DNA of 64,000 nucleotides from assembly GCA_965240465.1 (NCBI GenBank), contig OZ251219.1:384001-448000 (forward strand), read 5' to 3'. The DNA is from a bacterium. GTDB lineage: Bacteria > SAR324 > JACQKK01. Below the pieces are notes generated by a model. The model saw only the letters and a program-made list of their open reading frames with translations. It did no database searches and was not told the origin of the DNA. Both the position numbers and the translations under genes were made by a program. Shown here piece after piece: positions 26,104 to 36,131 of the stretch. Position 1 is the stretch's first letter, and each line of letters begins with the position of its first letter.

Positions 26104-26859
26104 TCATCGGTCTTTATCCAGCCGAGTGCCTACCTCTTCGCCATTTACCAAGTGCAATAGTACATCGGGAGCATTAATATCAACCACCGCAATGGGAATA
26201 TCATGCTCACTACAAAAAGCCACCGCGGTAGCATCCATCACCTTAAGATCCCGAGACAATACTTCGCGGTAGCTGATGCGAGAAAACTTGCGAGCTGTTT
26301 TATTGGTGATTGGGTCGCTATCATAAATTCCGTCTACTTTGGTGGCTTTCACTAGCAAGTCGGCTTTCATTTCCGAAGCCCGCAAAGCCGCGGCGGTATC
26401 GGTGGTGAAGAAGGGATTCCCCGAACCAGCCGCGAACACCACCACTCTATTTTTGTCAAAATGCCTATCAGAGCGACGCTTAATGTAAGATTCAGCAATG
26501 GAGCGTAATTCAATCGCGGACATCACTCTGGTTTCTACCTGCAAGCGTTCCAAAGCCGACTGCAAGGCTAGGCTATTCATAACCGTAGCGAGCATGCCTA
26601 TTTGATCTGCTTGTTTTAAGAGATCAATACATTCTTCGCTTCTAGCTACCGCATCCATTTCTGGGGGGGCGTCTTTGGTACCCCGAAAAATGTTGCCTCC
26701 TCCCACCACTATCCCCAGTACCACCCCCATTTTATGAATTTCGGCTATTCGGACTGCTAACTGAAAAATAGTGGGATGATCAAAACCCCACTCCTTATCA
26801 CCAGCGAACATCTCACCGCTGAGCTTTAACAGCATGCGCTTAACAGGAGGAAAACCCAC
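26104..26859 (-). CDS. pyrH: UMP kinase
   Basis: LLKLSGE, VVGGGNIFRG, GMLATVMN, GNPFFTTDTAAALRA, KVMDATA. Confidence 0.97.
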   Translation of the reverse strand: MGFPPVKRMLLKLSGEMFAGDKEWGFDHPTIFQLAVRIAEIHKMGVVLGIVVGGGNIFRGTKDAPPEMDAVARSEECIDLLKQADQIGMLATVMNSLALQSALERLQVETRVMSAIELRSIAESYIKRRSDRHFDKNRVVVFAAGSGNPFFTTDTAAALRASEMKADLLVKATKVDGIYDSDPITNKTARKFSRISYREVLSRDLKVMDATAVAFCSEHDIPIAVVDINAPDVLLHLVNGEEVGTRLDKDR

Positions 26860-26904
26860 TTACAAAGCCACAATAAAGAACCACATCACCTACAAAAATA
26901 AGCC

Positions 26905-27105
26905 CATCTCGCAACCCCCCTCCTCGCACCTTCTCTCGCACCCTCTCCTCGCAACTGCACCCCTCAATACACCCCCCCCCCCACGCCCCTTTTTCTACCC
27001 ACGACTCTCGGCACCCGAAGCCCGCTCTCCCCTTTACACCAGCTCCCTCACACCAGCTCCCTCACACACGCTCCCTCACACACGCTCCCTCACACCAGCT
27101 CCCGT
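26905..27105. repeat. C-rich low-complexity intergenic tract with tctcgca and ctccctcacac repeats and a poly-C run
   Basis: Directly visible between tsf and pyrH. Confidence 0.75.
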
Positions 27106-27211
27106 AGCTACCCGCAGGCTATCTTTACACTCTCAGCCTGAACTTGCAATGCCAAAATACAGAACAAAATACATAGCTCCTCGCCAGATATATCCACTCG
27201 CCTCAGCAAAC

Positions 27212-28135
27212 TTAAATTCGTAGTTTGATAAATGAATTCACCCTTATAGAAGCCCCCCACTGCCGACCCACCTCACCCAGCCATTGTTCCACCGATAACT
27301 GAGCATCCTTGACAAAAGGCTGTGCCAACAAAGCCACCTCTTTGACAAATTTTTGGAGGTGTCCAGAAATCATTTTTTCCAAGATTTCTGGTGGTTTATT
27401 GCTTTTTGCCACTTGAGAAATAAAGATTTCCTTCTTCTCAGCCAGCAGATTTTCATCTATTTCATCAGGATGAATGGCGATTATATCACTAGCAGCAATA
27501 TGCATGGCTAAATCGCGTCCTACTTCACGCAGTACCTGAGTATCAACGACATTGGTCACGACATTGGTCGCAGAAGCAGCTCGCTCCCCAAGGGATTGTC
27601 CCTCGAGAGATTGTCCCTCAGCAGGAGCTACCGACAGATTCACCAGCACCCCTATCTGCCGATCGGTATGTACATAAGACTCCACTATTCCTTCGGGAGT
27701 AGCCTCCAGCCTTTGAGTTTTTACCAGCTCTAGGTTTTCGCCCAGCCTGTGAGCAAAGCGAACTATGTACGACTGCACACTGCCATCGCCATCTGGAGCT
27801 GGCTGATCGGTAATATTGGCAGTATTTTCTAGAGCTTGTTTAGCCAGACCATCCAGCAATTTCACAAATTCTTCGTTGCGAGCCACGAAATCGGTCTCGC
27901 ACCCCAGCTGTATCATTACTCCCACTTTACCATCGGAGCTTAGAGCTACTGCCACCCCACCTTCTTGAGCAGACCTGCTAGACCTCTTTTGAAAAGATGC
28001 CAATCCCTTTTTCCGCAGATAATCTTTAGCACTTTCTATTTCTCCTTTGGAACTCAACAGGGCTTGCTTACATTCCATCATTCCTGCACCTGTTGCTATC
28101 CGTAGCTTTTTTACGGTTTTAGCATCAATGTTCAT
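27212..28135 (-). CDS. tsf: Elongation factor Ts
   Basis: VKKLRIATGAGMMECK, CETDFVARN, AMHIAA, LLAQPFVKD. Confidence 0.97.
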   Translation of the reverse strand: MNIDAKTVKKLRIATGAGMMECKQALLSSKGEIESAKDYLRKKGLASFQKRSSRSAQEGGVAVALSSDGKVGVMIQLGCETDFVARNEEFVKLLDGLAKQALENTANITDQPAPDGDGSVQSYIVRFAHRLGENLELVKTQRLEATPEGIVESYVHTDRQIGVLVNLSVAPAEGQSLEGQSLGERAASATNVVTNVVDTQVLREVGRDLAMHIAASDIIAIHPDEIDENLLAEKKEIFISQVAKSNKPPEILEKMISGHLQKFVKEVALLAQPFVKDAQLSVEQWLGEVGRQWGASIRVNSFIKLRI

Positions 28136-28155
28136 TTTTTAGATCTCTCCATCCA

Positions 28156-29298
28156 CTAGGCATCCGCAGCTTTAGAGGATACCTTGGGGGACGTTTTCTT
28201 AGTCTTAACAGCTTTTCCATCCTCTGCCTTGCCTGTTGCCTTACCTTCTTCTGCCTTGCCTTCCTTTGCCTCGCCTGTTGCCTTGCCCTCTGCCTTGCCC
28301 TGGACTGATTTTTCCTCTACCGCCTTCTTTTGGATTGCTGGCTTCTTATCCTGGGCGGTCTTTTCCTCTACCGCCTTCTTTTGGACTGCTGGCTTCTTAT
28401 CCTGGGCGGTCTTTTCCCCTACCGCCTTCTTTTGGACTGCTGGCTTCTTATCCTGGGCGATTTTTTCTAAGTCCTCAATAATTTTGGCGGCTTCAGTTAC
28501 CTTGTCCTTGACTGCACTCAGGTCTACCGATGCCCCTTTAGCCGAGGACGATGCATTTTTTGGGTCGCCTAGGTCTGTTTTGTCGGTCAGCCCCAGTCTT
28601 TTTTGCTCGTCAAATATGGCACGTCCCTCCAACACCGCACTGGATATAACAAAGCTGTAAAGGCGAATAGCCCGTATGGAATCATCATTGCCAGGGATCG
28701 GATAATCAACCTCACAGGGGTTGCAATTGCTATCCACCACTGCCACCACTGGAATACCCAATACAGCCGATTCCTTAAGAGACAAATGCTCCTTTTTGCA
28801 GTCAATCACGAACAATAATTTAGGTAGCTTACGCATCTGCTTAATGCCCCCCAATACCATCTCTAGCTTTCGGCGTTGCTTTTCCAACAGCACTGCTTCC
28901 TTCTTGATAATCCCAGGCCAGCTGCCATCTGCTCCCCTTCTTTGATCCAGATTTTTTAGGCGAGTAATAGATTGCTTGACCGTATTGAAATTGGTCATCA
29001 ACCCCCCCAGCCAACGCTCATTGATATAAAAAGCTCCACAACGCTGAGCCTCTTCTGCGATGACCTCCTTAGCCTGATTCTTGGTAGCCACAAAAAGTAC
29101 CTGATTGCCCGTAGCACATTGCTCCCGCACAAAGGCATGAGCCTCCTTTAGACATCGCAAACTCTGCCTAAGATCAATGATGTGAATGCCGTCCTTAACC
29201 CCAAAAATATAGGGGCTCATTTTGGGACTCCAACGATGAGTGCGATGTCCAAAATGAACACCAGCCTCAATAAATTGTTTCACCGAAATAACAGTCAT
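28156..29298 (-). CDS. rpsB: 30S ribosomal protein S2 with long repeat-rich C-terminal extension
   Basis: EAGVHFGH, IHIIDL, RWLGGLMTN, PIPGNDDSIRAI. Confidence 0.97.
   Translation of the reverse strand: MTVISVKQFIEAGVHFGHRTHRWSPKMSPYIFGVKDGIHIIDLRQSLRCLKEAHAFVREQCATGNQVLFVATKNQAKEVIAEEAQRCGAFYINERWLGGLMTNFNTVKQSITRLKNLDQRRGADGSWPGIIKKEAVLLEKQRRKLEMVLGGIKQMRKLPKLLFVIDCKKEHLSLKESAVLGIPVVAVVDSNCNPCEVDYPIPGNDDSIRAIRLYSFVISSAVLEGRAIFDEQKRLGLTDKTDLGDPKNASSSAKGASVDLSAVKDKVTEAAKIIEDLEKIAQDKKPAVQKKAVGEKTAQDKKPAVQKKAVEEKTAQDKKPAIQKKAVEEKSVQGKAEGKATGEAKEGKAEEGKATGKAEDGKAVKTKKTSPKVSSKAADA
28310..28459. repeat. 51-bp tandem repeat x3 (AQDKKPAVQKKAVEEKT) in the rpsB tail
   Basis: Units at 28310, 28361, 28412. 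Confidence 0.95.
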
Positions 29299-29426
29299 AA
29301 ATTCACCATCTTAAATCCATTCACCGACAACCCAAGCAATTCGCCAGCACCAGTTGATAACAGTGAGCCAAATTGGCTATGAAAGCAAGTGTTTTTTAAG
29401 GGAGTGGAATGCTGGAGTACAAAAGT

Positions 29427-29705
29427 CTATCGCTCGCTTGCTTGTTGATTAAAAACAAAAGGGTCATACCAATAGCAACCGATACAAGTACCGTTATAGT
29501 CGCCACCACCTTTTACTTGTGCTTTTTCATATCCGAGTTTGGTAGCATCAAAACGCTTGCCTGTTTCCCTACATTTTTTGCAATGCTGTCGCTTGGCAAC
29601 ATTGACAGCTTTTGAGAGAGGCTGAAAATCACTTATTTTTACCTTATTGGCCATTTAAGCGGGGGTCATCCCGCCTGCCGTCTTTATGATCAATTTCAAC
29701 ACTGC
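29427..29705 (-). pseudogene. Truncated, frameshifted HNH restriction endonuclease remnant (NlaIII/IceA1-like)
   Basis: SSVEIDHKDGRRDDPRL in one frame, then one extra A, then MANKVKISDFQPLSKAVNVAKRQHCKKC...RFDA...CIGCYWYDP; N-terminal part absent. Confidence 0.75.
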
Positions 29706-30470
29706 TTATACATAATTTAACTTATCCTTTGCACTTTTCACATATTTAGAATCTTTATCACACCCCGCAAAGCGTCTGTCTTTGTTATGGCAAGCAATGG
29801 CAGTGGTGCCACCTCCTAAGAAGGGATCAATTACTAGATCGCCTTGGTTGCTGTGTTTTTCCACCAGATTTTCAAATAGCCCCAAGGGTTTTTGAGTAGG
29901 ATGTACCCGTTTTCCGTTGTGTCTGGGGATTGGTAGTCGGTACACTCCATTATCATAAGAGCCATGGAAGGTGGGTTTGCCTCCCTTCACCCCGACCACC
30001 GCGATTTCCCGCGGGTTTGATAGATAAGTACTTCCCATATTAAGAGGCACGGGATTGGTTTTTTCCCAGATGAGTACTCGTAGCATTTTGAAGTTTGCCT
30101 TTTGCATTGCCTCTGCCAGATGGGATAATTTCCAAAAGTCATACCACACGATGGCAGTTCCCCCAGTTTTCAGGACCTGCATTAGATCCGTGCATAGGAT
30201 ATCAAGATTGATGGGTTCTAGGTCCCATTTACCGAATTCCATGTTCACCGCGAAACGCTTTACTCCGTTTTTCACCTGTTGGAAGCCGGTTTTTTTGCTG
30301 ATGGTATAGGGTGGGTCGGTGAGTACTAGGTCGGCTGTGCTTGGGGGCAGGTTTTGCATAAATTGGTGGAAGTCGTTTCTTTCAATGATGCACTGAGTAG
30401 CTTGGCGATGTTTAAGTAGTTCAGGATTTTGTTTGCCTAGTGCTTCTTTTTTGTTCGGTTTGCGGTTCAT
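29706..30470 (-). CDS. Site-specific DNA methyltransferase (N4-C/N6-A, beta class)
   Basis: LTDPPY, WEKTNPVP, HPTQKP, DPFLGGGTT. Confidence 0.93.
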   Translation of the reverse strand: MNRKPNKKEALGKQNPELLKHRQATQCIIERNDFHQFMQNLPPSTADLVLTDPPYTISKKTGFQQVKNGVKRFAVNMEFGKWDLEPINLDILCTDLMQVLKTGGTAIVWYDFWKLSHLAEAMQKANFKMLRVLIWEKTNPVPLNMGSTYLSNPREIAVVGVKGGKPTFHGSYDNGVYRLPIPRHNGKRVHPTQKPLGLFENLVEKHSNQGDLVIDPFLGGGTTAIACHNKDRRFAGCDKDSKYVKSAKDKLNYV

Positions 30471-30475
30471 AGCGA

Positions 30476-33211
30476 CTACCTACGCCTTTTGTTCTTTTTT
30501 CCCCAGTTAGGCAATTTGCTGGTTTGACTAGGAGCCGTACCAGTTGCCGAGCCTTCAGTTAGTTGAGCTTTGGCAGCGATGATTGGACCTGGGGATTCTG
30601 AGTCTGGTAGTTTTGGATTTAGGTTTGGATCGAAGTTTGTAGGGGTATCGGAGGGTTCACTGTAGACCAGTTTTTTGGAGGGGGATTTGGGTTTTGCGGG
30701 CAGTCGTATGCTGGGTTGGGTTCTGAAGCAGGCGGTGACGGTTTCTTCACTGATGCGTAGCATTAAGTTTTCAAAGATTTTAAAGCCTTCCCTTTTGTAT
30801 TCATCCAGGGGTTTTTTTTGAGCATAGCCGACCAGCCCGATGGCATCGCGTAAGTGATCCATGGACAGCAGATGATCTTTCCACAAGTGGTCGTGGATGC
30901 TGAGCATTATGTGTCTCAGGAAGTCGGAGGAGATTTCTTTTAGTTTATCATCGGAGGGTATTGACTGGGATATTTCAGTTAGGAGTCTATCTAGTTGGGA
31001 GCGTTTTTCTGCATAGCAGGTTTCCATTTGCTGTACTAGGGATTTACGCAGGATTTGGTCATCGTGGAGTGCGTTTTCATCCAGTTTTGGTGTTAGGCCG
31101 AATATATTCAGGAATTCCTCGGATAGTTCTTGCAGTTCCCATTCACTGGGAGAGATGCCTTCGGTATGCTGAAGTACCAATTGTTCCATCAGTTCATCTG
31201 CCATATCCAAGAAGGTATTTTCCACATCGGGACTCAGAATTTGGCGGCGTCGGGCATAGATGATTTCTCGCTGTCGGTTCATCACATCATCGTATTCCAG
31301 CACGTGCTTACGAAGTTCAAAATTATGGGCTTCCACTTTTTTCTGAGCGTTTTCGATTGCCCTGGACACCATGCCATGAGTAATTGCTTCATCATCGGGC
31401 ATGTGCAGGCGATTCATAAGGTTGGCGATTTTTTCTCCGCCAAAGATACGCATCAGATTGTCTTCCAACGAGAGATAGAAACGTGAGCAGCCTGGGTCTC
31501 CTTGCCGTCCTGAGCGTCCTCGTAATTGGTTATCAATACGGCGGCTTTCGTGCCTTTCGGTGCCCATGATAAACAGCCCTCCTACTTGGTTAACCTGTTT
31601 CCCGAGCTTGATGTCCGTCCCTCGCCCTGCCATGTTGGTGGCAATGGTCACCCGATTTTTTTCTCCTGCACTAGCAACGATGCTGGCTTCTTGTTCATGG
31701 TACTTAGCATTAAGCACGGTGTGTGGTACTCCCCGTTGTTTGAGCATGGCTGACAGTTCTTCTGAGGCTTCAATGGAAATAGTTCCCACTAGTATTGGTT
31801 GAGCGGTTTTATAAACTACCTCAATATCGTTCACTAGGGCGTCTTGCTTGGCTTTGTTGGTTTTGTAGACCAAATCTGGCTGATCTTGACGTACCATGGG
31901 TTTATTGGTGGGGACTACTAGTACGGGCATATTATAGATTCGGATAAATTCTTCTTCTTCGGTTTTGGCAGTGCCAGTCATGCCGCTGCGTTTTTTGTAC
32001 ATGCGGAAGTAATTCTGGAAGGTTACTGAAGCATAAGTTTGACTTTCTCGCTCTATTTTAACTTTTTCTTTGGCTTCAATCGCCTGATGTAAGCCATCGC
32101 CAAAACGACGACCCGCCATCAATCTACCCGTGAATTCATCTACGATGACCACCTGACCACTGCGTACGACGTAATCTACATCACGTTTGAACAGATACAC
32201 TGCCTTTAGGGCTTGATTCACATGATGTAGCCAGTCCATGTTTTCAAAATCAAACAATCCGCCTTGGGGCATTAGTTTTTTTTGTTTTAGTTTAAGTTCC
32301 AATTTATGTGCCCCTAGTTCACTGAGGTGAATGCTGCGAGCTTTTTCATCCATGGTGTACTCGCCGGGTCGTACTACTGCTTTATCTTCCTCAAGTTTGT
32401 TCCAATTTTCTGGGATTCCATGGCGTTCTGAGGCAGGCAGGTTGACTACCTCTTCCTTTCGGATCTCTCTATCTAGGCCCCTGATAATTTCATTTACTTG
32501 GGGGTATTTATCGGTGGATTCTTCACTAGCACCAGAAATGATTAAAGGAGTACGGGCTTCATCCACGAGGATGCTATCCACTTCATCAATGATGGCGTAG
32601 TTAAGTTCTCTTTGTACGTAGTCGGTCAGGCGAAATTTCATGTTATCGCGTAAGTAATCAAATCCATATTCATTGTTGGTGCCATATGTTATGTCGTTTT
32701 GGTAGGCTTGTTGTCGTGATATATCATCCATGCCGTGCTGGATTAGTCCCACTGTTAGGCCCAAGGCCTTATAGATATCTCCCATCCATTGCTGGTCTCG
32801 GCGAGCTAAGTAATCATTAGGAGTAACCAAGTGTACTCCCCTGTTACTGAGGGCATTCAAGCAAGCAGGGGCAGTGCTAGCTAGGGTTTTTCCTTCCCCA
32901 GTTTTCATTTCAGCGATCATCCCCCGATGCAAAGCCATACCTCCGAGTAATTGAACATCAAAATGACGTTCGCCATTGAGACGACGACTGACTTCCCGCA
33001 CCAAGGCGAACACGGGTGCTAGTTGTTCATCCAGACTGGAGCCATTATCAATTTGGGTGCGTATTTCACCCATGCGACTGGCGAGCATTCCCTGTTCTAG
33101 GCCCTGTATTTCTTGTTCCAGGTCATTTATTTTTGAAACAAGAGGACGAAATTCCTTAAGTATCTTTTCGGTATTGGAAGAAATCTTTCCGCTTAATAAT
33201 CGCTTAAACAT
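30476..33211 (-). CDS. secA: Preprotein translocase ATPase SecA (no C-terminal SEC-C zinc motif)
   Basis: AEMKTGEGKT, IDEVDSILVDEARTPLIIS, TIATNMAGRGTDI, QLRGRSGRQGDPG. Confidence 0.98.
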   Translation of the reverse strand: MFKRLLSGKISSNTEKILKEFRPLVSKINDLEQEIQGLEQGMLASRMGEIRTQIDNGSSLDEQLAPVFALVREVSRRLNGERHFDVQLLGGMALHRGMIAEMKTGEGKTLASTAPACLNALSNRGVHLVTPNDYLARRDQQWMGDIYKALGLTVGLIQHGMDDISRQQAYQNDITYGTNNEYGFDYLRDNMKFRLTDYVQRELNYAIIDEVDSILVDEARTPLIISGASEESTDKYPQVNEIIRGLDREIRKEEVVNLPASERHGIPENWNKLEEDKAVVRPGEYTMDEKARSIHLSELGAHKLELKLKQKKLMPQGGLFDFENMDWLHHVNQALKAVYLFKRDVDYVVRSGQVVIVDEFTGRLMAGRRFGDGLHQAIEAKEKVKIERESQTYASVTFQNYFRMYKKRSGMTGTAKTEEEEFIRIYNMPVLVVPTNKPMVRQDQPDLVYKTNKAKQDALVNDIEVVYKTAQPILVGTISIEASEELSAMLKQRGVPHTVLNAKYHEQEASIVASAGEKNRVTIATNMAGRGTDIKLGKQVNQVGGLFIMGTERHESRRIDNQLRGRSGRQGDPGCSRFYLSLEDNLMRIFGGEKIANLMNRLHMPDDEAITHGMVSRAIENAQKKVEAHNFELRKHVLEYDDVMNRQREIIYARRRQILSPDVENTFLDMADELMEQLVLQHTEGISPSEWELQELSEEFLNIFGLTPKLDENALHDDQILRKSLVQQMETCYAEKRSQLDRLLTEISQSIPSDDKLKEISSDFLRHIMLSIHDHLWKDHLLSMDHLRDAIGLVGYAQKKPLDEYKREGFKIFENLMLRISEETVTACFRTQPSIRLPAKPKSPSKKLVYSEPSDTPTNFDPNLNPKLPDSESPGPIIAAKAQLTEGSATGTAPSQTSKLPNWGKKNKRRR

Positions 33212-33455
33212 TGTACTAGTTTGATATATCTTGAATGCCTCAAGTTGATACTCATAGCAGGGTACTAGAAATTTATCTTGATTGTGTATATAATCATTAT
33301 ACTATCGGTGTGCTTCCAATATGCTCAAATGTCCGCAATGATAAGGTATGGTGTGCTTAAGATCCTGTATGCTTGCGTCCATTAAAAACATATAAGCAGG
33401 CATGAAAAAGATGCCTTTCCTGCAGGTATACATATCATAATAGTATCAAGGATAC

Positions 33456-35006
33456 ATGTTGCGCCTCTGTTATCAGCCATTTTTATCATCCTGTTGCTCA
33501 GCGATTTTTAGGATAGTAATCAAATTCCCTGTGGCGATGAGTATTGTGCCTATCGGCTTATTGGTTTGTGGCATGGCAGATGTAGTTTGGGCTGGGGCTA
33601 TTGTTCATCAGGGAAATTTTGTACCTCCTATTTGGGCTTTGTTTCCATTTGCGGGGATTTTGTTATCCATCGCCATTATGCCCTTGGTCTCACCGCACAT
33701 TTGGGAGAACAATTATGGCAAGATAAGTTTCTTTTGGATGGTAGTTGGTTTTTTGGTGATGTTTGTTTCTGTGCCACCTCAGACTTTTTCAGCTAGTTAT
33801 GGTCCTCGGTTGTTTTCCATTTACGAGGAGTACATAGCCTTTATAGTTTTGCTGGGTTCTTTGTTTATCATATCGGGTGGAGTTCACATAACTAGAGATG
33901 CCTCGGCTACCCCGCTGGTGAATACTGTTACCATGCTGATTGGTTCGGTTTTGGCGAGCCTGATTGGTACTACTGGGGCTGGCATGTTGATTATTCGTCC
34001 ATTACTTCGTGCCAATGAGTTGAGGCGTCACAAGGTACATGTGGTATTATTTTTCATTTTCTTGGTTTGCAATGTGGGGGGATTATTGACTCCTATTGGA
34101 GATCCGCCCTTATTTCTAGGTTTTTTGCAAGGAATTCCCTTTACTTGGACCTTAAAACTTTTTCCGCAGTGGTTATTTGCGGTGGGTTTGATATTGGTGA
34201 TATTTTTCCTGCTGGATAGTTTGCTAGCACATCGGGAAAGTCGTTACGCTCTGCATTCTCATGAGGCTCGCACCAGTACTGGGATAGAGATGGAGTTGGA
34301 ATCAGTTGGGGGGGGGATTATTTTTCGGCCGTTGAAAGGGGTAGTTGTGGGGATTGAGGGATATTATAATCTACCATTACTTTTAGGGGTGGTAGTTGCA
34401 GTCATTCTTAGCGGAGCCGTTCACCTGCCTTATTCCTTGGATTTTTTTAATTTAGGTAGCCTGCATCTTACTTCCATATTACGAGACCTTAGCTTAGTGT
34501 TACTGGCGGTTATTTCCTTGCTGATTACTCCTAATCTCACTCGGGAACGCAACCAGTTTAACTATGAACCCATTCGGGAAGTAGCTTTGCTTTTCATCGG
34601 GATTTTCACCTGCATGACTCCAGCCCTGATGTTACTCAATGCTCGCGGTGATGAGCTGGGACTGGGATCGGCAGTTGATTACATGTGGATCACTGGAATA
34701 CTTTCTGCGTTTTTAGACAACGCCCCTACCTACCTTACCTTTTTAGCTACCGCTATGGGTTCGCTGGGGCTGAACGAGGCTATTCAACTAACCGAATCCC
34801 CGGAGGCAGAAAGCATCTTAAAGGGAATTTCCATCGGGGCAGTATTTTTTGGTGCCCTGACTTATATTGGCAATGGGCCTAATTTTATGGTGCGTTCCAT
34901 TGCTCAGAGTTCGGGAGTAAGAATGCCTAGTTTCTTTGGCTACATGCTCTGGTCTACCGTCTTTTTGCTACCGGTATTCGCCTTGGTGGGCTGGCTACTG
35001 CTTTAA
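33456..35006 (+). CDS. Ion transporter superfamily permease (putative Na+/H+ antiporter or citrate transporter)
   Basis: Multi-TM; GTTGAGM, NVGGLLTPIGDPPLFLGF, SAFLDNAPTY, TYIGNGPNFMV; start uncertain. Confidence 0.85.
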   Translation: MLRLCYQPFLSSCCSAIFRIVIKFPVAMSIVPIGLLVCGMADVVWAGAIVHQGNFVPPIWALFPFAGILLSIAIMPLVSPHIWENNYGKISFFWMVVGFLVMFVSVPPQTFSASYGPRLFSIYEEYIAFIVLLGSLFIISGGVHITRDASATPLVNTVTMLIGSVLASLIGTTGAGMLIIRPLLRANELRRHKVHVVLFFIFLVCNVGGLLTPIGDPPLFLGFLQGIPFTWTLKLFPQWLFAVGLILVIFFLLDSLLAHRESRYALHSHEARTSTGIEMELESVGGGIIFRPLKGVVVGIEGYYNLPLLLGVVVAVILSGAVHLPYSLDFFNLGSLHLTSILRDLSLVLLAVISLLITPNLTRERNQFNYEPIREVALLFIGIFTCMTPALMLLNARGDELGLGSAVDYMWITGILSAFLDNAPTYLTFLATAMGSLGLNEAIQLTESPEAESILKGISIGAVFFGALTYIGNGPNFMVRSIAQSSGVRMPSFFGYMLWSTVFLLPVFALVGWLLL

Positions 35007-35124
35007 CGATGTGCTTAATATCGCCTAGTTACCATTCCAATATCACTTGACAATAACTCTTTCTTGTGCAATGGTGGCATAGCATATTTGGCTTGTTCAG
35101 AGAAGTGCTAAACATGCAGTGTGA

Positions 35125-35601
35125 GTGGAGATGATAGCAGTCAAAGATACCAGTACCTTAGTGAATACCATCATAGTTGGTGCAGGGAGAGAGTCTATCC
35201 CTGTACGACCTATGAAGCTCCAAAAGCTTCTCTATTTTTTTCAAGGCTGGTATCACAACAGATATGGAGGTTGGCTACTAACCGAAGACTTTGAAGCCTG
35301 GCCTTATGGTCCCGTGATTCCTTCTGTCTACGATGAATATAAGGAACTTGGAGAAGAAATTATTTATGGTTTGTCAAAGACAAGGGATGGGGAAGAATAT
35401 GTCTATTCAGGTGATAACAAAAAAATAGGCGATATTTTACAAGACATTGTAGAGATATATGCCCCATGTACCGATTTATCCCTTTCAGACTTTTCGCATA
35501 AAAAAGGCGGGGCTTGGGATAAAACACAGCAACATGGGTGGGGTAAAACAATTGATAAAGAAGATATTGAAAATGAGTTCAAAGAAAGAATCCTCCGATA
35601 A
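35125..35601 (+). CDS. Panacea-domain (DUF4065/SocA/GepA-like) antitoxin PanA
   Basis: MKLQKLLYF.QG, FEAWPYGPV, L..FSH...AW motifs. Confidence 0.88.
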   Translation: MEMIAVKDTSTLVNTIIVGAGRESIPVRPMKLQKLLYFFQGWYHNRYGGWLLTEDFEAWPYGPVIPSVYDEYKELGEEIIYGLSKTRDGEEYVYSGDNKKIGDILQDIVEIYAPCTDLSLSDFSHKKGGAWDKTQQHGWGKTIDKEDIENEFKERILR

Positions 35602-35914
35602 ACCCGAGACCGATGCCGAACGTGCGTCAAAAGCAAGTCGGTTGGGAACCGTAGGATATACCAAGACCGAACTTATGTCGGAAGGAAGATTACATCGCCA
35701 TGCTAGAAAAACACATCGGTTGAAAACTGCAAGATACACTGTTTGGGGTGGTGGGGTTTGTATTGTTTTTTTCGCGATTGTGATAGTAATTTCTCACGTC
35801 TTTTCTGATGATGCTGAGTGCAAATTGCTAGACTATGGAAGTGACCTTATTATAGCTTCCTTCAGTATCATAAGTATTGCACTTGGGTTTATTGCAGGAA
35901 GTTCTGTAGAATAA
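35573..35914 (+). CDS. Small two-TM membrane protein, putative cognate toxin of PanA
   Basis: ATG at 35573 overlaps the panA end by 29 nt; 113 aa; charged N-terminus then two hydrophobic helices. Confidence 0.6.
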   Translation: MSSKKESSDKPETDAERASKASRLGTVGYTKTELMSEGRLHRHARKTHRLKTARYTVWGGGVCIVFFAIVIVISHVFSDDAECKLLDYGSDLIIASFSIISIALGFIAGSSVE

Positions 35915-35974
35915 ACACCCTGATTTCAATTCCCGCCAGAGCATGAAACTACTTATAATGGTAACATCGGTTCC

Positions 35975-36124
35975 TTATAATTCTTTTAGATAATTTTTCA
36001 AGTACTCCATTGGTCTTTTGCCCTTGATGGCATTGCAGCTCTGGCACAGCGATTGTAAATTTACCCTTTCATTACCACCACCGCTTATCCGCGGGATAAT
36101 GTGGTCTAGCTGTAGATTACGCAT
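35975..36124 (-). pseudogene. HNH endonuclease C-terminal fragment (49 aa)
   Basis: Manual translation: MRNLQLDHIIPRISGGGNERVNLQSLCQSCNAIKGKRPMEYLKNYLKEL; DH..P...GG...NLQ.LC..CN..K HNH motif; begins right after the ahcY stop. Confidence 0.75.
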
Positions 36125-36131
36125 GTCAAAT

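Noticed and set aside
33212-33455. Riboswitch or ncRNA upstream of the antiporter
   Set aside because: Only short inverted repeats (aggcat/atgcct); not enough to support a call without a covariance search.
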